The notes: a model not told the origin generated them from the sequence alone. Shown: positions 28,132 to 38,900, counted from the first letter of the stretch. The stretch is 64,000 nt of DNA from an uncultured Desulfobacteraceae bacterium (GCA_964520425.1 CAZFMX010000005.1:1416-65415), one strand, 5' to 3'. Numbers and translations: made by a program.

Positions 28132-29904
28132 TCATTCCTCCCTAAATCCCCAGAACGGGTATTCCAAAATGTAATCGGCAACTCTCCCCGGGCTGTTTTC
28201 CCGGCTCGCCACTAGCCACAGGACACTTCTCTTCTCTTCCGAAGAGATTGGAGCCAAAGGATCCCAGTGAGGTGCAAGGATCATGGCATTGTCCGCACTG
28301 TATTCAATGTCCCCTGACTCTTTGAAGGAGCCCAGACTCGGTGTCTCACTATAACTCCCCCCTTCGCTCCGAGACAGCTCGGAAATTACAAGAAAGGAGA
28401 CATTGTGTTCATCCCTGATGGCCTCCATGTGACGAAGCCATTCATCGATGCCGGCCCTGCGCTCCGAAAGGTTCTTAAAGGGGAGCTTATGGAGACTGTC
28501 CACTACGACAAGCGTATGATCTTTGTGGGTTTCATTCTGCAGAAATTCGATCTGCCTCCTCATGATATCCGGGCCAAGCTTTCTGTCTGTCACCACTCGA
28601 AAATAAGGGAGCATATCTTTGAGTTCTCGGTACGCAGCATCCAGTTTCTCTGCCGACTCCCCTTTCAGATCTATCTGCCTGATCTCTTTCTCAGAAAGCT
28701 TACTCAAACGGCATAGAGTTCTTGTATAGATTTTCTGGCGACCATTCTCGAAATCATAATAAATAACAGGTATCTTCCGTCTGGCCATCTCTGTAGAGAC
28801 TTGGATAAAAAAACAGGATTTCCCCGCCTTGGGCTGTCCACCCATGATGTTAATACCGCGAAGGCCACTGAGAGCTTCATCCATCTTAATGAATCCACAG
28901 CTCAATCCAAGAAGGGCCTTCCCCTTTTCACGCTCGATTGAATCTGTAAACCGATGATGTTCCTTCTCAGGGGAGGAGAACGGGGAAAAGGCCTTTGAGG
29001 TCCTTAACATGGAAATCACGGTGGACCTGAGTCCTTCTCCCTTGTCTCTTGCCAAGTCACAGAGGGTGTAGCCTCGATTTAGCTGTGACGGCCATTTCAG
29101 AATTCTGGACTTAAAGCCCAATCTGGTGGCCAAAGATCGCGCAGCAAGCTGGGCCTCCGGAGTATGAGTCACTACAAGAAGGACATGCATGACAAAAGCC
29201 AGCCTCTCCTGGCTGACAAACTCCAGGTCAGCCACTGATGGGAGACAAATGCCAGGAAAACCCAACTCCTTTAGGGTTAGAAGATGATTCTCTCCATCAG
29301 CGATAAAGAGGGCTCCGTCTTCGCATCGTTCAATCTCTTGCACATTGAATATTCGAAACTCTCCTGAAAAAAACGTCTCATCTCCGTGCCAGAAACTATC
29401 CTCCTCCCTCTCAGGTAAGACGCATCGCGCGGCATAGCAGTTCCCATCATCTAATACATAAGGATACACCAGATACCGACCGTTGTACCCTATCTTCATT
29501 TCATCAACCGTGGCCTTTGATATGCCAAATGCCTTGAAACGGGCATATTCAGTCTCACTCATAAGAGATCTAAACTTTCTGATTTCTTGATTTAGATTCT
29601 TGGTTGGGAGGATAGTCTGCTGTACATAAGGCTCTCGATCTGGATCGTATCCTGGAACAAGCTGGGGTGCTATTCCCATCATCCTGGCAAAATAAGGAGC
29701 GAACCCTCCCTGTATGCATCTGTTCAGGCATCGAAAATAGCCCATGAAGAGACTACTCGGGTCGAGATAGGCGACCATTGTCCCAGGGGCTTTTATTGCA
29801 TCAATCGAGCAAAATGGGCATGGAGCTTTGAGCAGATTGCCCTCGATCTTTGCTCCGGGAAGGTGGTTCAGATAGAAAGACTTTATCTCCTCAGCACGAT
29901 CCAT
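28132..29904 (-). CDS. zinc-finger / Toprim-like / DnaB-like (RecA-fold) fusion protein (primase-helicase-like)
   Basis: N-terminus CPFCS...FRCLNRC. Middle LFIADGENHLLTLKELGF (Toprim-like Glu). C-terminus GFIKMDEALSGLRGINIMGGQPKAGKS (Walker A), LVVVDSLHKL (Walker B), ISELSRSEG, SGDIEYSADNAMIL (DnaB C-terminal domain motifs). Confidence 0.7.
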   Translation of the reverse strand: MDRAEEIKSFYLNHLPGAKIEGNLLKAPCPFCSIDAIKAPGTMVAYLDPSSLFMGYFRCLNRCIQGGFAPYFARMMGIAPQLVPGYDPDREPYVQQTILPTKNLNQEIRKFRSLMSETEYARFKAFGISKATVDEMKIGYNGRYLVYPYVLDDGNCYAARCVLPEREEDSFWHGDETFFSGEFRIFNVQEIERCEDGALFIADGENHLLTLKELGFPGICLPSVADLEFVSQERLAFVMHVLLVVTHTPEAQLAARSLATRLGFKSRILKWPSQLNRGYTLCDLARDKGEGLRSTVISMLRTSKAFSPFSSPEKEHHRFTDSIEREKGKALLGLSCGFIKMDEALSGLRGINIMGGQPKAGKSCFFIQVSTEMARRKIPVIYYDFENGRQKIYTRTLCRLSKLSEKEIRQIDLKGESAEKLDAAYRELKDMLPYFRVVTDRKLGPDIMRRQIEFLQNETHKDHTLVVVDSLHKLPFKNLSERRAGIDEWLRHMEAIRDEHNVSFLVISELSRSEGGSYSETPSLGSFKESGDIEYSADNAMILAPHWDPLAPISSEEKRSVLWLVASRENSPGRVADYILEYPFWGFREE

Positions 29905-29929
29905 GTGTAGATCACTCCTTTACCATCAT

Positions 29930-30017
29930 GTCGCAAAAGCCGAGGATATCGTTACAGGGCCCGCTCATCGGGGGGATCCCCGGCGTCAAGGGTGGGCTGC
30001 GACTCAGCTCAGCCGAA
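29930..30017 (-). promoter_or_regulatory. conserved leader/upstream motif E, copy 1
   Basis: Minus strand TTCGGCTGAGCTGAGTCGCAGCCCACCCTTGACGCC...CCCGATGAGCGGGC...TCCTCGGCTTTTGCGAC lies 26-113 nt upstream of ATG 29904. Homologous to 35393-35480. Confidence 0.5.
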
Positions 30018-30165
30018 ATGAAACCTCGGTAACCTGCTGCAAACCCTGAATCACACTGTACTCTCGGTCTATTTTAACATACGTCTTGAAATTAAACAAA
30101 GTCCCTCAGCAGTTCTACCCGATCACCCAGCAAGCTGACAACCATAGGCATTGGAAAAACCTGGG

Positions 30166-30194
30166 AATATCGAATTGTCATTTTATTCGATATT
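30166..30194. promoter_or_regulatory. 10-bp inverted repeat (candidate operator) upstream of nifS
   Basis: AATATCGAAT-N9-ATTCGATATT overlaps TTGTCA...TATAAG promoter-like hexamers, ~85-110 nt upstream of ATG 30277. Confidence 0.35.
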
Positions 30195-30276
30195 GTATAA
30201 GATCTCACAGCTTCATATGAAAAGCCGGTACAGTTCTCCATGATCCGGACTGTTGAACTGTTAAGGGAGAAGACCT

Positions 30277-31431
30277 ATGAACCAAGAACCAGATCACTTT
30301 ATCTATCTGGATCACAATGCCACCACACCCATAGCTCCAGAGGCAGTTGAGGCCATGATACCTATTCTGGAAAACGAATTCGGTAATCCTTCCAGTCCCT
30401 ATACTCTGGGAACAAGGGCAAGGGAAAGGCTTGAGAAATCTCGGAACCAGATAGCCCGGCTTCTGGGCTGTGCAGACCATGAGGTGATATTCACGTCAGG
30501 AGGAACAGAGTCCAATAATGCAGTCCTCAAGGGAATCATCGACTTAAGACGCCCTAAAGATTTTCATTTGATCACCTCCGCCATAGAGCATCCCGCCATT
30601 CTGAACCCTGCCCTATTTCTGGAGGAACTGGGTGTTCAGGTCACAGTCCTTTCGGTGGACCGATTTGGCCGTGTAAACCCGGATGACGTTCTCCAGGCTA
30701 TCAGGTCTAATACGTGCTTAATATCCGTCATGTTGGCCAATAATGAAACCGGGACCTTGCAGCCTGTTCAGGAAATCTCCCAAATAGCGAAAGAACATGG
30801 CATTCCCTTTCACACGGATGCAGCCCAAGCGGTGGGCAAAATCCATGTGAATGTCCATGAACTGGGGGTGAATTTTTTGAGTGTCGCGGGACATAAACTC
30901 TACGGACCTAAAGGCATAGGTGCCCTATTCATCAGGGAGGGGGGAAGCGACTTGTGCCCCTTGATCCATGGTGCAGGGCAGGAAATGGGAAGGAGGCCGG
31001 GCACAGAAAATGTCGTGCTCTCCGTAGGCCTGGGCGTGGCCTGTGAGTTGGCAAGAGAACGGCTTAACGAAGAAATGGAGCGAATGAGAGACTTGAGAGG
31101 CCAATTGGAGAAACGGCTATTTGGTAAGATAGATGGTCTTGTTCTAAATGGGCATCCCACCGAAAGGCTCCCAAACACACTCAACGTTTCCATTCCGGGT
31201 ATTGATGGAAAAAAGATCCTTGATGGATTGCCAATCGTTATGGCATCCACTGGGGCTGCATGCCATGATCGGTCTGTTGCCCTTTCCCACGTGCTATCTG
31301 CTATGGGCGTAGCACCTGAGGTGGGGATGGGAACCCTTCGACTGACCGTCGGGAGGAGCAATACCCATGAACAGATTGAAGAGACAGCCGATTTGATCAT
31401 CAACCGCGTCAAAGAATTGAAGAATAGCTAG
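30277..31431 (+). CDS. nifS: cysteine desulfurase (NifS/IscS class V aminotransferase)
   Basis: LDHNATTP, SVAGHKLYGPKGIGAL (PLP Lys) and ASTGAACH (active-site Cys). Confidence 0.9.
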   Translation: MNQEPDHFIYLDHNATTPIAPEAVEAMIPILENEFGNPSSPYTLGTRARERLEKSRNQIARLLGCADHEVIFTSGGTESNNAVLKGIIDLRRPKDFHLITSAIEHPAILNPALFLEELGVQVTVLSVDRFGRVNPDDVLQAIRSNTCLISVMLANNETGTLQPVQEISQIAKEHGIPFHTDAAQAVGKIHVNVHELGVNFLSVAGHKLYGPKGIGALFIREGGSDLCPLIHGAGQEMGRRPGTENVVLSVGLGVACELARERLNEEMERMRDLRGQLEKRLFGKIDGLVLNGHPTERLPNTLNVSIPGIDGKKILDGLPIVMASTGAACHDRSVALSHVLSAMGVAPEVGMGTLRLTVGRSNTHEQIEETADLIINRVKELKNS

Positions 31432-32022
31432 CGTCGTATCCCAGAAGTAACTTAAATCAAAAAGTGGCTCCTCAGGAGAATCCCTGGGTTCATACGTAAA
31501 GGAGAAGAATGGAAAAAGTTGAAAATCCAAGGATTTTCGCAGTCATGTTTGCCCCTAGTGTTCGTGTTCACGATCGAGAGTAGATATTAGGGTAAAGTGG
31601 CGAAATCTTTTCATCGATTCCAAAGTTCCCGGCCTAGTCACTCCGAAAAGATCCCGCCACATCTCTTCAGTTGAATACGAATTTCCCTTACTACACCCAT
31701 AGATTCTCATAAGGAGCCCAATAAGTGCCTGTTTTAGATTCAAATGGGGTATGGTCTGTTCCCTTAAGACGATATCTCACAAAAAATTCCACTGAATCCC
31801 CTGTGATCTGCCCTTTGAGGGAGTATGCCCCGGGATTCTCCCCGTGGGGTACGCCTATGGACTTTCCGCAGAATGGTTAATTCGCTTGAAAAAACAGCCC
31901 CTTAAACCCTCAAAGGGCAGATCACCACCGCTGGACGCTATAGATATCGTCTTAAGGGAATAGATCATGCCCCAACGGATCAATTTAGTTTGTGAATATA
32001 TGAATATTTGATACGACACTAG
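31428..32022 (+). repeat. composite repeat: family-A termini (CTAG...CTAG) carrying D core copy 2 (31748-31972)
   Basis: CTAG+CGTCGTATCCCAGAAGTAACTTA ... ATATTTGATACGACA+CTAG. The left CTAG supplies the nifS stop codon. Confidence 0.75.
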
Positions 32023-32062
32023 GAGAATGGTGTTGAGGTCCTTTCGATGTGGCTAAAAATTC

Positions 32063-33358
32063 TCACCCCGACTTCTTCTTTCGATCGGCCATCCTCTTTC
32101 TGATCTCCTTCTCAAACCCTCTATCTGTTGGTCGGTAAAAGGTTTGAGTCTTCATTTGCTCCGGCAGATATTCCTGTTCCACCCATCCACCCGGATAGCT
32201 ATGTGGATAGAGGTATGTTCGACCATACCCCAACCTCTTCATCAGCCTGGTAGGGGCGTTTCTGATGTGAAGGGGAACTCCTAAGGGCCCTGAGAGCTCG
32301 ATCTCCTTTTTCACGGCCTTTTCGGCCAAATAAAGGGCATTACTCTTAGGAGCGGATGCAAGATAGATCGCGGCCTCGGCCAGGGCTAGTTCGGCCTCAG
32401 GAGGACCCACCTTTTCCCAGGCCTCAAAGGCGGCGAGGGCGACTCGAAGGGCGTTGGGATCGGCCAGACCCACATCTTCGGAGGCAAAACGAATCATCCT
32501 TCTCCCGATAAAGAGGGGATCCTCCCCTGCCACAAGCATTCTATAGAGCCAGTAGACAGATGCCTGCTCGTCCCCCCCGCGCATACTCTTGTGAAGTGCA
32601 GAGATCAGGTTGTAGTGCTCTTCCCCATCTTTATCATAGGGAAGGGCCTTCTTGTTGAGAGCCTTTTCTATGCTGCCTAAATCCAGTCTGTTCTCTCCGG
32701 CCCCATCTACTAGGAGATAATGGACAGCTGCTTCCAGATTATTAAGGGCCACTCGCGCATCTCCCGACGACAGATCAATAATATGATCTAAGGCCTCCGA
32801 CGAGACCTTCACTTTCAAGTTTCCCAGCCCATTCTTTTCATCTTGAATCGCACGATGTAGAATGGTTTTAAGGTCTTCCCTCTCTAATGGATGAAGGATC
32901 ATGACTCTAGCCCTGGAGAGCAAAGGGGGTATGATTTCAAAAGAGGGATTCTGCGTGGTGGCACCTATCAGAATGATGAGCCCACTTTCTACATGGGGCA
33001 AAAAGGCATCCTGGCGAGCCTTATTGAAACGGTGAATCTCATCCACAAACAGGATAGTTGGGGTTCCATAGACCTGGCGGGTCTCCTTTGCCGTTTCTAT
33101 AACCTGCCGGAGTTCCTTGACCCCGGAGGTCACGGCAGAAAAGGCATGAAATGGATTCTGTGAATAATCTGAAATGAGTTTGGCCAGTGTGGTCTTGCCG
33201 CAGCCAGGGGGTCCCCAAAAGATAACAGAAAAGACATGACCTGACTCCAGTGCTCTTCTCAGAGCGGACCGGGGGTTAAGCAGATGATCTTGTCCCACCA
33301 GGTCCTCGATTTTCTTGGGCCTCATCCTGTCGGCAAGAGGTGCTTTAGTGGAATCCAT
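32063..33358 (-). CDS. rarA: replication-associated recombination protein A (AAA+ ATPase)
   Basis: [22 protein letters not shown], and the MgsA C-terminal domain. Confidence 0.9.
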   Translation of the reverse strand: MDSTKAPLADRMRPKKIEDLVGQDHLLNPRSALRRALESGHVFSVIFWGPPGCGKTTLAKLISDYSQNPFHAFSAVTSGVKELRQVIETAKETRQVYGTPTILFVDEIHRFNKARQDAFLPHVESGLIILIGATTQNPSFEIIPPLLSRARVMILHPLEREDLKTILHRAIQDEKNGLGNLKVKVSSEALDHIIDLSSGDARVALNNLEAAVHYLLVDGAGENRLDLGSIEKALNKKALPYDKDGEEHYNLISALHKSMRGGDEQASVYWLYRMLVAGEDPLFIGRRMIRFASEDVGLADPNALRVALAAFEAWEKVGPPEAELALAEAAIYLASAPKSNALYLAEKAVKKEIELSGPLGVPLHIRNAPTRLMKRLGYGRTYLYPHSYPGGWVEQEYLPEQMKTQTFYRPTDRGFEKEIRKRMADRKKKSG

Positions 33359-33372
33359 TTCTTTGCTCGAAA

Positions 33373-33700
33373 CTAGAACGAGTGTCTTGTATCAAGTATT
33401 CATAACCCAAATACCAAATGCGGCATGGCCTATTCCCGAAAGGTAATATCTCGGAAAAAATTCCATTGAACTTCCTATGATCCACCCTTTGAGGGTTTAC
33501 GCTTATTGACTTATGGCAAAATGGTTAGTTCGCTTGAGAGAAAAGGGCCCTCAAACCCTCAAAGGGCAGATCACCGCCACTGAATCTTAGAGATATCGTC
33601 TTGAGGGAATAGGCCATGCCGCATTTCATATCAAACCGATCGAGAATTCCATAAAAAAGCTATAAGTATGAGTCTCAGAGACTATGTTACGAGATACTAC
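33373..33700 (+). repeat. composite repeat: decayed family-A-like flanks carrying D core copy 3 (33416-33626)
   Basis: AAATGCGGCATGGCCTATTCCC ... GGGAATAGGCCATGCCGCATTT. The right flank aligns with the right flank of copy 1. Outer boundaries are approximate. Confidence 0.6.
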
Positions 33701-33748
33701 GGTGTCTAAAGTCAATGTCTCTAGTTCTTCTCCCAATAAATCAACCGA

Positions 33749-35344
33749 TCAACGAGGTCCAAGATGCTCATTCAAAACAGCTTCGATATCACTCAACACC
33801 CTGTTCATATCCAGAGGTTTTGTGACGATCAGTTCGAACCCTGATCTCTCCTCAGGCTTGGGGGGCTCTTCAGCCATTCGGTCGGTGATGAGTGCCATAG
33901 GTTTATCTCCATTCATTTTCCTTATCTTCTGGATTACAGCATCTCTCTTCATCTCCACAATGTCCGAGCCTACAAGAATCAGATCAAATTTCTTCTTCTT
34001 TAGTAGATACAGCCCTTCCCGGACGCTGTCAGCTACCACAACCCTGTATCCTTTACTTAAGAATACCTCTAACAAGATTCTATTCAGAATCTCCTCAGAC
34101 TCAATAATAAGAATGCGGGCATGTTTTACTCTTCTTTTAGAAATCCGACTCTTTGATGCCTGATCTACCCTAGCAGTAGGAAATCTGACGGCAAATGTAG
34201 TCCCCAGACCTTTTTCCGATGTGAACTCCATTTCTCCTCTATGCCTTTCGACGATCGTATAGGATAGACTGAGCCCCAAACCAAGCCTATCTTTCCCTTT
34301 GGTAGTAAAAAAAGGATCCAATACCCTATCTTTGATGGTTTCGGAAATCCCGATCCCGCTATCCTGGACATAGATATGGCCATACCCGGCATTCTCTTCT
34401 ATCGTGACATAGAGATCTCCTCCCCGGGGCATTGCCTCCACGGCGTTGAGGATTAAACAGGCTATGAGATCCTGAATTTCACCTGAATCTCCTTGAACCG
34501 GAGGGACAGACCTAAGATAAGTCTTAAAACGGATTTCTTGTTTATGTGCCTCGATAAACTCCTTTATTGCCGGATTAACAACCGATACGGCTGACTTGAC
34601 AGCCTTCCTCAAATCAACAAGGTCATCACGCGAAGGGTTATCCTTTGGCACTGAAAGACCCCTCAATTTACCTATGGTATGCAGCGTCTCTTTTGACACA
34701 GATTCTATATGTTCCAGTGTTCTTGTCAGGGCTGCCGGTTCAGAGTTCACCATTCCCTTGATTTGTTGAATATCTCTACTCACAACCAGAGCATCTTGAC
34801 CCAGCTTTTTGGTTATTCCCAAAACCATGGTCATAAGGGCTTCCCTTTTTTTGGACTCAATCTGTTCTCTTTCCTCTCTTTTTCTCTTTTCAAGCAAGGT
34901 CAGGTTTGTAACAAAGGCTCTTCGTCCATTATGTCTGATCTTTCTAACCCTTGCCTCAAAACACCTCCTTTCACCGACCTTTGTGAGCAGATCCAATTCG
35001 TATTGCGACGGAACCTTCTTTCCTGAAAGCCGTTTATCGTGCAGATCTCTCACCTTCTTCTTCAAATCCGGGGGGACGAAATCCAGTAGTCTATGACCCA
35101 CAACCTCCTCCGAGGGATAAGCCAAGTCCTCAAGGAACTCTCTGTTGGCAGCAACAATTCTCCCTTCTTGCTCGAGAAGGATTCCAGCGGGAAGAGAATC
35201 AAACAACCTGTCTCTACCTCTCAACTCATTCTGGAGATCATTATTCTCTCTCTTTAAGGAAATTAGTTTTTCCTTAAGCGCCTGATTCTCCGTTTTGAGT
35301 TTCTCAAACCTCTCTCGCCAGTAATTGTTCCGCGCCTTCTGCAT
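33749..35344 (-). CDS. PAS / HATPase_c / receiver hybrid sensor kinase-like protein
   Basis: Coiled-coil N-terminus, PAS region, DSGIGISETIKDRVLDPFFTTKGKDRLGLGLS (G1/G2 boxes), C-terminal receiver-like domain. Start placed at ATG 35344 (GGAGAGGGGAG upstream). Alternative start 35377. Confidence 0.8.
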   Translation of the reverse strand: MQKARNNYWRERFEKLKTENQALKEKLISLKRENNDLQNELRGRDRLFDSLPAGILLEQEGRIVAANREFLEDLAYPSEEVVGHRLLDFVPPDLKKKVRDLHDKRLSGKKVPSQYELDLLTKVGERRCFEARVRKIRHNGRRAFVTNLTLLEKRKREEREQIESKKREALMTMVLGITKKLGQDALVVSRDIQQIKGMVNSEPAALTRTLEHIESVSKETLHTIGKLRGLSVPKDNPSRDDLVDLRKAVKSAVSVVNPAIKEFIEAHKQEIRFKTYLRSVPPVQGDSGEIQDLIACLILNAVEAMPRGGDLYVTIEENAGYGHIYVQDSGIGISETIKDRVLDPFFTTKGKDRLGLGLSLSYTIVERHRGEMEFTSEKGLGTTFAVRFPTARVDQASKSRISKRRVKHARILIIESEEILNRILLEVFLSKGYRVVVADSVREGLYLLKKKKFDLILVGSDIVEMKRDAVIQKIRKMNGDKPMALITDRMAEEPPKPEERSGFELIVTKPLDMNRVLSDIEAVLNEHLGPR

Positions 35345-35392
35345 AAAAACTCCCCTCTCCTGTCCTTTCCTGATCATAGATAAGACCTTAAC

Positions 35393-35480
35393 GTTGCAAA
35401 AGTTGAGGAAGCCGCTCGCAGATCCCCCTATCGGGAAGATTCAAGGCATCGAGGGTGGGCTACGACTGAGCTCAGCCGAA
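35393..35480 (-). promoter_or_regulatory. conserved leader/upstream motif E, copy 2
   Basis: Minus strand TTCGGCTGAGCTCAGTCGTAGCCCACCCTCGATGCC...CCCGATAGGGGGATCTGCGAGCGGC.TCCTCAACTTTTGCAAC lies upstream of the hybrid kinase gene. Confidence 0.5.
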
Positions 35481-35956
35481 GTCAGCTGTAGTCACATACC
35501 GCGAATCCTCGATAACGAAGGAGATGCGGTATCCTAAACTTTCCCGACCTGCCTTGCCGAAGCTTCAGCGAAGGCTGGAAGGGTAAAAAAAACATGACAT
35601 GTTTACCAGATTTGTGCAATTCACCTTTTTTTATCCTCTGAGCCGCCTATTAGTCTTCGAAGAATTACGGTCATTATCTCTGCAAACAAGGCCTTGTCAT
35701 GTTTTTTATGCAACTTAGGGAGAGACTTTGATGAGATTATTGGACTCATCCTTTCTTTACAAGAATATTCCAAAATGAGCTTGATGCCCATAGCTATATG
35801 CCGTATCATACCCCCGACATTAAAGACAACCTGCCCACATCCGTTGGCCTTTGTCAATAGGGTCCTATTTTTTTTGGCTCTTCTGATTAAGGATTTGTGG
35901 TATGAAACTGATGAAATATGACAACGAAAATGACTTGACAAACCTGTCGGGCGCAA

Positions 35957-38900
35957 GTGGTTTTAGAGACGGAGATCGGAGTTAACGTGACTGACGATTC
36001 ATCTTTTGTTCAACTGCACGTGCATACAGAATACAGCCTGTTAGACGGTGCAATTAGGATCAGACAACTACTGGAAAAGGCCAAGAGTTTTGGGATGGAA
36101 GCCGTAGCTATTACCGATCATGGGAATATGTTCGGTTCAGTGCAGCTCTTTGATCAGGCCTCAAAGGTTGGGATTCAACCTATTTTGGGCTGCGAGGTCT
36201 ATGTCGCTCCAGGTCATCGCAAGGACCGAGCCCCGTCGACGGATGGCGGCCCCAATGCTCATCACCTTGTCCTTTTGGTGATGAACCAACTGGGATACAA
36301 AAATCTAAGCCGACTCGTAACCCTGGGTCATTTGGAGGGATTTTACTACCATCCCCGGATCGATAAAGAGCTTTTGAAAGAGTACAATGGAGGCCTGATC
36401 GCCCTGTCTGCCTGCCTTAAAGGGATCGTCCCCTACCTCATTAACTCCGGTCGCATCGAAGAGGCCAAGCAAGAAGCCATGGAGTTGGCTTCCATCTTTG
36501 ACAACAACCGCTTCTACCTCGAAGTTCAGGCCAACACCATGCCTGAACAGACCAGAGTGAATAGGGTTCTACAGGAATTCTCCCGTGAACTCTCCATCCC
36601 TCCGGTAGCCACAAACGATTGTCACTACCTCAACAGAGAGGATTCAGAGGCCCATGACGTTCTCCTCTGTATTCAAACAGGCAAAATGGTGGATGACCCT
36701 AATCGTATGAGGTTTTCCACCAACGAACTATTCTTCAAATCCCGGGAAGAGATGGTCAATTCCCTCGGTGCAGGGGACTACAGCGAAGCCCTTGGCAACA
36801 CCATAGACATTGTTCGTCGCTGCGAATACATGATGGAATTCGGCCAATACAAGTACCCGGTATTCACTGCCTCCAAGGAAAAAAGCCTTGATGATATGCT
36901 TTCGGAAGAGGCCCGAAAGGGTCTCAAAGAACGACTCGCCCAGTTGGAAGTGGAAGAAGGAGCTGGTCTTTCACTGGAATTGCGGAAGGAATATGAGGAA
37001 AGACTCGCCTTTGAGCTGAGTGTCATTACAGATATGGGGTTTTCAGGCTACTTTCTGATCGTGGCGGACTTCATTGATTACGCTCAGCGCTCGAATATTC
37101 CCGTGGGTCCGGGGCGAGGATCAGCGGCCGGCTCCTTGGTGGCCTATGCTCTCCGAATCACCAATATCGATCCGATCAAATATGGACTCCTCTTCGAAAG
37201 GTTCCTCAATCCAGGGCGTATCAGCATGCCTGACATTGATATTGATTTCTGTATCAACGGCAGAGATGACGTCATCAAATATGTCACCGAAAAATACGGC
37301 AGAGAGAACGTGGGCCAAATCATCACCTTCGGCACTATGAAGGCAAAGGCCGCCATAAGAGATGTTGGACGCACCCTGGGGATCCCTTACGCCGAGGTGG
37401 ACAAGATTGCCAAACTCGTCCCCGAAGGGCCAAAAGTAAGCCTGGAAAAGGCTATTGAGGAAGAGCCCGCTCTAAAGAAGATTGAAAAGGGCCAGGAAAA
37501 TGAAAGAAAACTCATAAAGATCTCCCGATCCCTTGAAGGTCTCTCAAGGCACGCCTCCACACATGCTTCCGGCGTGGTGATTTCAGATAAACCCCTTGTG
37601 GAATATCTACCCCTTTTTAAGGGGACAAACGACGAGGTCATGACCCAATATACCATGTCTCAAATCGAGCAATTGGGTCTGATCAAATTCGATTTTCTGG
37701 GTTTAAAGACCCTGACGGTCATAAGGCAGGCATTGAACCTAATTCAGGTCTCTTCTGGCCGGCACATCGATATCGACAAAATACCCCTGGACGATGATGC
37801 CACATATCGCCTCTGCCAGGAAGGAAAGACCACCGGTGTCTTCCAATTGGAAAGCTCAGGAATGAAGGAACTCCTCAGAAGACTGAAACCGGGGGTCTTT
37901 GAGGATTTAATAGCCCTGGTGGCCTTATATAGACCCGGACCCCTGGGAAGCAATATGGTAGATGACTTCATACAGGGTAAACATGGCTTCACCAAAATCA
38001 AGTATTCGTTCCCGGAACTTGAGCCGATCCTGAAAGAGACCTACGGTGTGATCCTCTACCAAGAACAGGTGATGAAGATAGCCCAAGTCCTGGCCAGCTA
38101 TTCCCTGGCCGAAGCCGATGAGCTGAGAAAGGCCATTGGCAAAAAGAAACTAAGTGTGATGGCTGATCATAAGGCCCGTTTTTTGGAAGGCGCCGTTCAG
38201 AAAGGGCTGGATCGGACAAAGGCCGAGCGAATTTTCGATCTCATAGAAAAATTCGGGGGTTATGGTTTCAATAAATCCCATTCTGTGGCCTATGCCATGA
38301 TTGCCTACCAAACCGCCTACCTCAAGGCCCACTTTCCCGTCCAGTTCATGGCTGCTCTCTTGACCCAGGATATGGGGAATCAAGACAAAACTATAAAAAA
38401 CATTGCGGAATGCCGTGACATGGGCATTGAGATCTTACCTCCGGATCTTAATGAGAGCCAGGCGGATTTTACCGTTAAAGAAGGAGCCATCCGATTCGGG
38501 CTGGCCGCGGTAAAGAACGTAGGGTTGAAGGCTGTTGAGTCCATCATCGAAGAGCGATCACTGAATGGGACGTTTGCGGATCTGCTGGACTTTTGTCAGA
38601 GAGTGGACGGATCAAAAGTCAATCGTAGAGTACTCGAAGGCCTCATCCAATGCGGGGCCTTTGATTTTACCGGCATTCATAGGGCCAGACTCTATGGAGC
38701 CCTTGATGAGGTGATTAGATTTTGTGGAGCCTTTCAGGATCCGAACCAATTGAATATGTTCGCGTCACTCAATGGAAATACAGGGGATCGCGGCCTTCTT
38801 GTGCTTCCGGAAATAGAGGAGTGGGATGAAAAGGAAAAACTGAAAAAGGAAAAGGAAGCATTGGGATTCTACATCACCGGGCATCCCCTGGAACGATTTG

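Noticed and set aside
31555-31743. The 62-aa ORF on the minus strand between nifS and rarA.
   Set aside because: It lies wholly inside the composite A/D repeat (31428-32022). Parts of the sequence recur as non-coding modules at ~22528-22560 and ~53118-53165. No RBS.
35621-35956. The 111-aa minus-strand ORF just upstream of dnaE.
   Set aside because: No RBS and no domain. It sits in the dnaE promoter/leader region, and its composition is basic and Ser/Ile/Lys-rich, typical of a spurious AT-rich frame.
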